Part shown: positions 61,283 through 64,000 of the stretch, piece by piece
Position numbering within the stretch: the stretch's first letter is position 1
How the letters are laid out: each line of letters starts with the position of its first letter
NCBI GenBank assembly: GCA_963748215.1
Contig: CAVVHS010000007.1
Span: 224,001 to 288,000 of the forward strand
Length of the DNA: 64,000 nucleotides
Source: an uncultured Gammaproteobacteria bacterium
GTDB lineage: Bacteria; Pseudomonadota; Gammaproteobacteria; UBA9214
Reading direction: 5' to 3'
The notes under the pieces: model-generated
Seen by the model: only the letters and a program-made list of their open reading frames with translations
Told to the model about the DNA's origin: nothing
The model's database searches: none
Position numbers and translations under genes: made by a program

Positions 61283-64000
61283 TCAGGTGTGGCTGTCCGC
61301 TTCGAGGATGCGCTGGCAAAGGTCCTCCAGTTCCGTACACGTCAACGCTGCCTGCCCGTAGTCCCCGTTGATGATCTGGACATTCATGCGGCCAGCGACT
61401 TCAGTGATATCGGGGAACCCCACGGTCCCGCCCGTACCCTTGAGGTCATGCGATTTTGACTGTGCCAGCTCCCAGTCTTCCTTGCGTACTGCCGCGGAAA
61501 GTTCTGCCATCAGTTGCGGCAGGTTCTGCTTGAATTGATCGATAATGGCCAGAAACGCCGGGCTGTTATAGAGTTCAGCGTATTCATCGCCGTCCTGCTC
61601 ATGGATACCCGGCCCGGTGCCGGTCATTGCGCCGGTTTCGGGAAGATACTTGTTAAGGATGTTGTAGAATTTTGTCACGTTTACGGGTTTGACCAGATAG
61701 TCATCGGCGCCTGCCGCGATGCATTTTTCACGACTCGTCACCATGGCATTCGCTGTCAACGAAACGACGGGGCGTGAATAACCGGATTGCCGTAATACTC
61801 TGATAGCTTCCACGCCATCCATTACAGGCATCTGCATGTCCATCAGGATCAGGTCGTAGCCATGGGCCAGTGCCATGTCCACACCCGTGCGCCCGTTGTC
61901 GGCAACGTCGATGTTCGCCCCGGTTCTGCGCGCGTACAATTCGATCAACTCCTGGTTATCGGGGTTGTCTTCCACCAGCAGGATGCTGCCGGCAAGCGCT
62001 TTTATCACTGCCGGCTGCTGCGGTGCATGACTGTGTATGCCGGCTTCCTCCATATTATTGATGACGACGCCATTTTCCTGCTTGTTGTCCAGTGTCAGTG
62101 TAAAGTGACTGCCCCGGCCCTGTTGACTGACGCAGGTCAGTTTGCCGCCGAGAGCGGTCGCCAGATTGCTGGAAATGGACAGGCCCAGGCCGGTACCGCC
62201 GTACTTGCGCGTGGTCGTTGAATCCGCCTGCATGAAGGGTTCGAATACATGATCGACCTCTTCACGCGTCATGCCGATGCCGCTATCGATGACGTCAAAT
62301 TGAATGGTCCTGAACATGTCATCGCAACTTACATCCACGTGAACGTATCCTGTATTGGTGAACTTGATGGCATTGCTGCACAGATTGATAAGAATCTGCT
62401 TCAGCCGGGTAGGATCGGTCAGGAGCTTGCCGGGCAGCGGGAAGTGATAATTGATCCTGAATTCCAGTCCTTTTTCTCTCGCGCTCAGGCCCAGCAGTGA
62501 CTCGACTTCTTCCAGAATCTGGAAGAGTGAGGTTTCTACCGGTTTATGCTCGATCTGGTTGGCCTCGATCTTCGACAGGTCAAGAATATCACTGATGATC
62601 TGTTGCAGATGCTTTCCGTTTCGTATGATGGTTGCGGTGAGTCTCTCGCGTTGCTTCGGGTCAGCATCATTGGCCAGCAGGGCCTCCGCAAATCCGATAA
62701 TGGCGGTCAGCGGCGTGCGGATTTCGTGGCTCATGTTGGACAGAAAATCGCTCTTCGCCTGGCTGGCGGCATCGGCCAGTTCCTTGGCGTGAATGAGTTC
62801 GTCCGTGCGCTCCCTCACCCTGGATTCCAGGCTGACATTGAGCCTGCTGATTTCATCCTCGGCCTGCTTGCGTCGTTTCTCCCGGGCGAAGGTATCGAGT
62901 GCAAAGTTGATATCCGATGCCATTTGCTTGAGCAGCTCGCGGGCATCCGCATCGAATGCATCCGCGTCTCCGGAGTAGAGGTTGAAAGCCCCGATGGTGG
63001 TACCGTTGGTGCGCAGCGGCAGCGCGGCCGAGGCATGCATGTCGAACTGTTTGCAATGCTCGTGCCAGGGCCTGGTGCGAGGATCATGTTGACAGTCCAG
63101 ACACCAGACCGGCTGGTTATTGCGTATTGCGGTGCCGGTTGGGCCGTTACCCAGAGGATCATCGGCATTAACCGAGATAGAGATGTCATTCAGGTAGGCG
63201 GTGCCTTCACCGTACGAGGCAACCGGGACGACCTGCTGGCTGGCCGGGTCGACCACCCCGATCCATGCCATTCTGAAACCTCCGTATACCACTGCGTCGT
63301 GGCATATCTTTGGGAACAGGTCGTTTTCATTGCTGCTGTGAACAATGGCCTGATCACAATGGCTCAGGGTGGAATAGAGTTTGGACAGGCGCTGGATCTT
63401 TGCCTCAGATTTCTTGCGTTCGGTAATGTCGTAGCCCAGCGCCACGATGTGCGTGACCTTGCCGGAGCTGTCGTGTAATACCGTATTGTGCCAGTCGAGC
63501 GTTCGCCGGATGCCCTCACGTGTCATCCAGTCGTTTTCGTACCGGGAGGCGATCTCGGGCCTGTTGGCCTTCAGGTTCTCGAAGACCTGTTCGACTGCCG
63601 ATTGCTGTTCTGCGGGGATGACCCGGTCCCAGATCGGCTGGCCCAGCAGTTCCTCGCGGCGGTAGCCCGTCAGTTCCTCTGTCGCACGGTTGATGTACAC
63701 GAAGCGCCCCGACCTGTCGAGCACAATGATGACATTGCCTGCGGCTTCCACGACCGCATCGTTCAGATCGCGCTGTTCCCTGAGTTCACTTTCGGCGTGC
63801 TTGCGTTCAGTGATGTCGGCATGCGTGCCAATCATGCGCGTGGCTTTGCCATCTTCCGCGCGGCTGATTACCAGGCCGCGATCGAGTATCCAGCGCCAGC
63901 TGCCGTTTTTGTGGCGGATGCGATGTTCATTCTTGTAGGACGGTGTCTTGCCGTCGAGATGTGCCTGAATGTCCGCCATCACATTCCTGACATCAACCGG
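61283..64000 (-). CDS. Hybrid sensor histidine kinase (PAS-PAS-GAF-HisKA-HATPase-REC-Hpt), 5' end outside the window
   Basis: FLSNMSHEIRTPL, NAIKFT, DSGIG, GGTGLGL, LMDMQMP and HDLKG; the frame is open to the window edge. Confidence 0.93.
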   Translation of the reverse strand, partial: PVDVRNVMADIQAHLDGKTPSYKNEHRIRHKNGSWRWILDRGLVISRAEDGKATRMIGTHADITERKHAESELREQRDLNDAVVEAAGNVIIVLDRSGRFVYINRATEELTGYRREELLGQPIWDRVIPAEQQSAVEQVFENLKANRPEIASRYENDWMTREGIRRTLDWHNTVLHDSSGKVTHIVALGYDITERKKSEAKIQRLSKLYSTLSHCDQAIVHSSNENDLFPKICHDAVVYGGFRMAWIGVVDPASQQVVPVASYGEGTAYLNDISISVNADDPLGNGPTGTAIRNNQPVWCLDCQHDPRTRPWHEHCKQFDMHASAALPLRTNGTTIGAFNLYSGDADAFDADARELLKQMASDINFALDTFAREKRRKQAEDEISRLNVSLESRVRERTDELIHAKELADAASQAKSDFLSNMSHEIRTPLTAIIGFAEALLANDADPKQRERLTATIIRNGKHLQQIISDILDLSKIEANQIEHKPVETSLFQILEEVESLLGLSAREKGLEFRINYHFPLPGKLLTDPTRLKQILINLCSNAIKFTNTGYVHVDVSCDDMFRTIQFDVIDSGIGMTREEVDHVFEPFMQADSTTTRKYGGTGLGLSISSNLATALGGKLTCVSQQGRGSHFTLTLDNKQENGVVINNMEEAGIHSHAPQQPAVIKALAGSILLVEDNPDNQELIELYARRTGANIDVADNGRTGVDMALAHGYDLILMDMQMPVMDGVEAIRVLRQSGYSRPVVSLTANAMVTSREKCIAAGADDYLVKPVNVTKFYNILNKYLPETGAMTGTGPGIHEQDGDEYAELYNSPAFLAIIDQFKQNLPQLMAELSAAVRKEDWELAQSKSHDLKGTGGTVGFPDITEVAGRMNVQIINGDYGQAALTCTELEDLCQRILEADSHT

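Overview
A 64-kb GC-rich bacterial chromosomal segment, probably from an environmental gammaproteobacterium (inferred from gene content such as the YcgR, DUF349, DUF2058 and VPLPA-CTERM genes). It holds about 55 mostly housekeeping or accessory CDS: an Lhr helicase, an intact archaeal-type DNA topoisomerase VI operon (top6B-top6A), ABC and MacAB-like transporters, tal, dsbB, nfi, tdh-kbl, nitroreductases, YcgR and a partial hybrid histidine kinase. I found no rRNA, tRNA, CRISPR array, integrase or transposase gene. The intergenic DNA is unusually rich in non-autonomous elements: several REP families, at least four MITE-like families with terminal inverted repeats (TIRs), elements nested up to three deep, and a perfect 54-bp palindrome. 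The strongest signals are: (i) the Topo VI module is bracketed by two directly oriented 271-bp TIR elements, and a related pair brackets tal-ABC-mscS; (ii) all four of these elements have tandem duplications abutting one end, including a ladder of progressively shorter copies; (iii) four palindromic boxes with exact 29-bp periodicity lie upstream of lhr; (iv) a secreted Met-rich protein carries about 23 silk-like [11 protein letters not shown] repeats. Several genes contain single-base frameshifts, some in homopolymers, so residual sequencing or assembly indels are likely. All family calls come from motif recognition by eye; no database searches were run.
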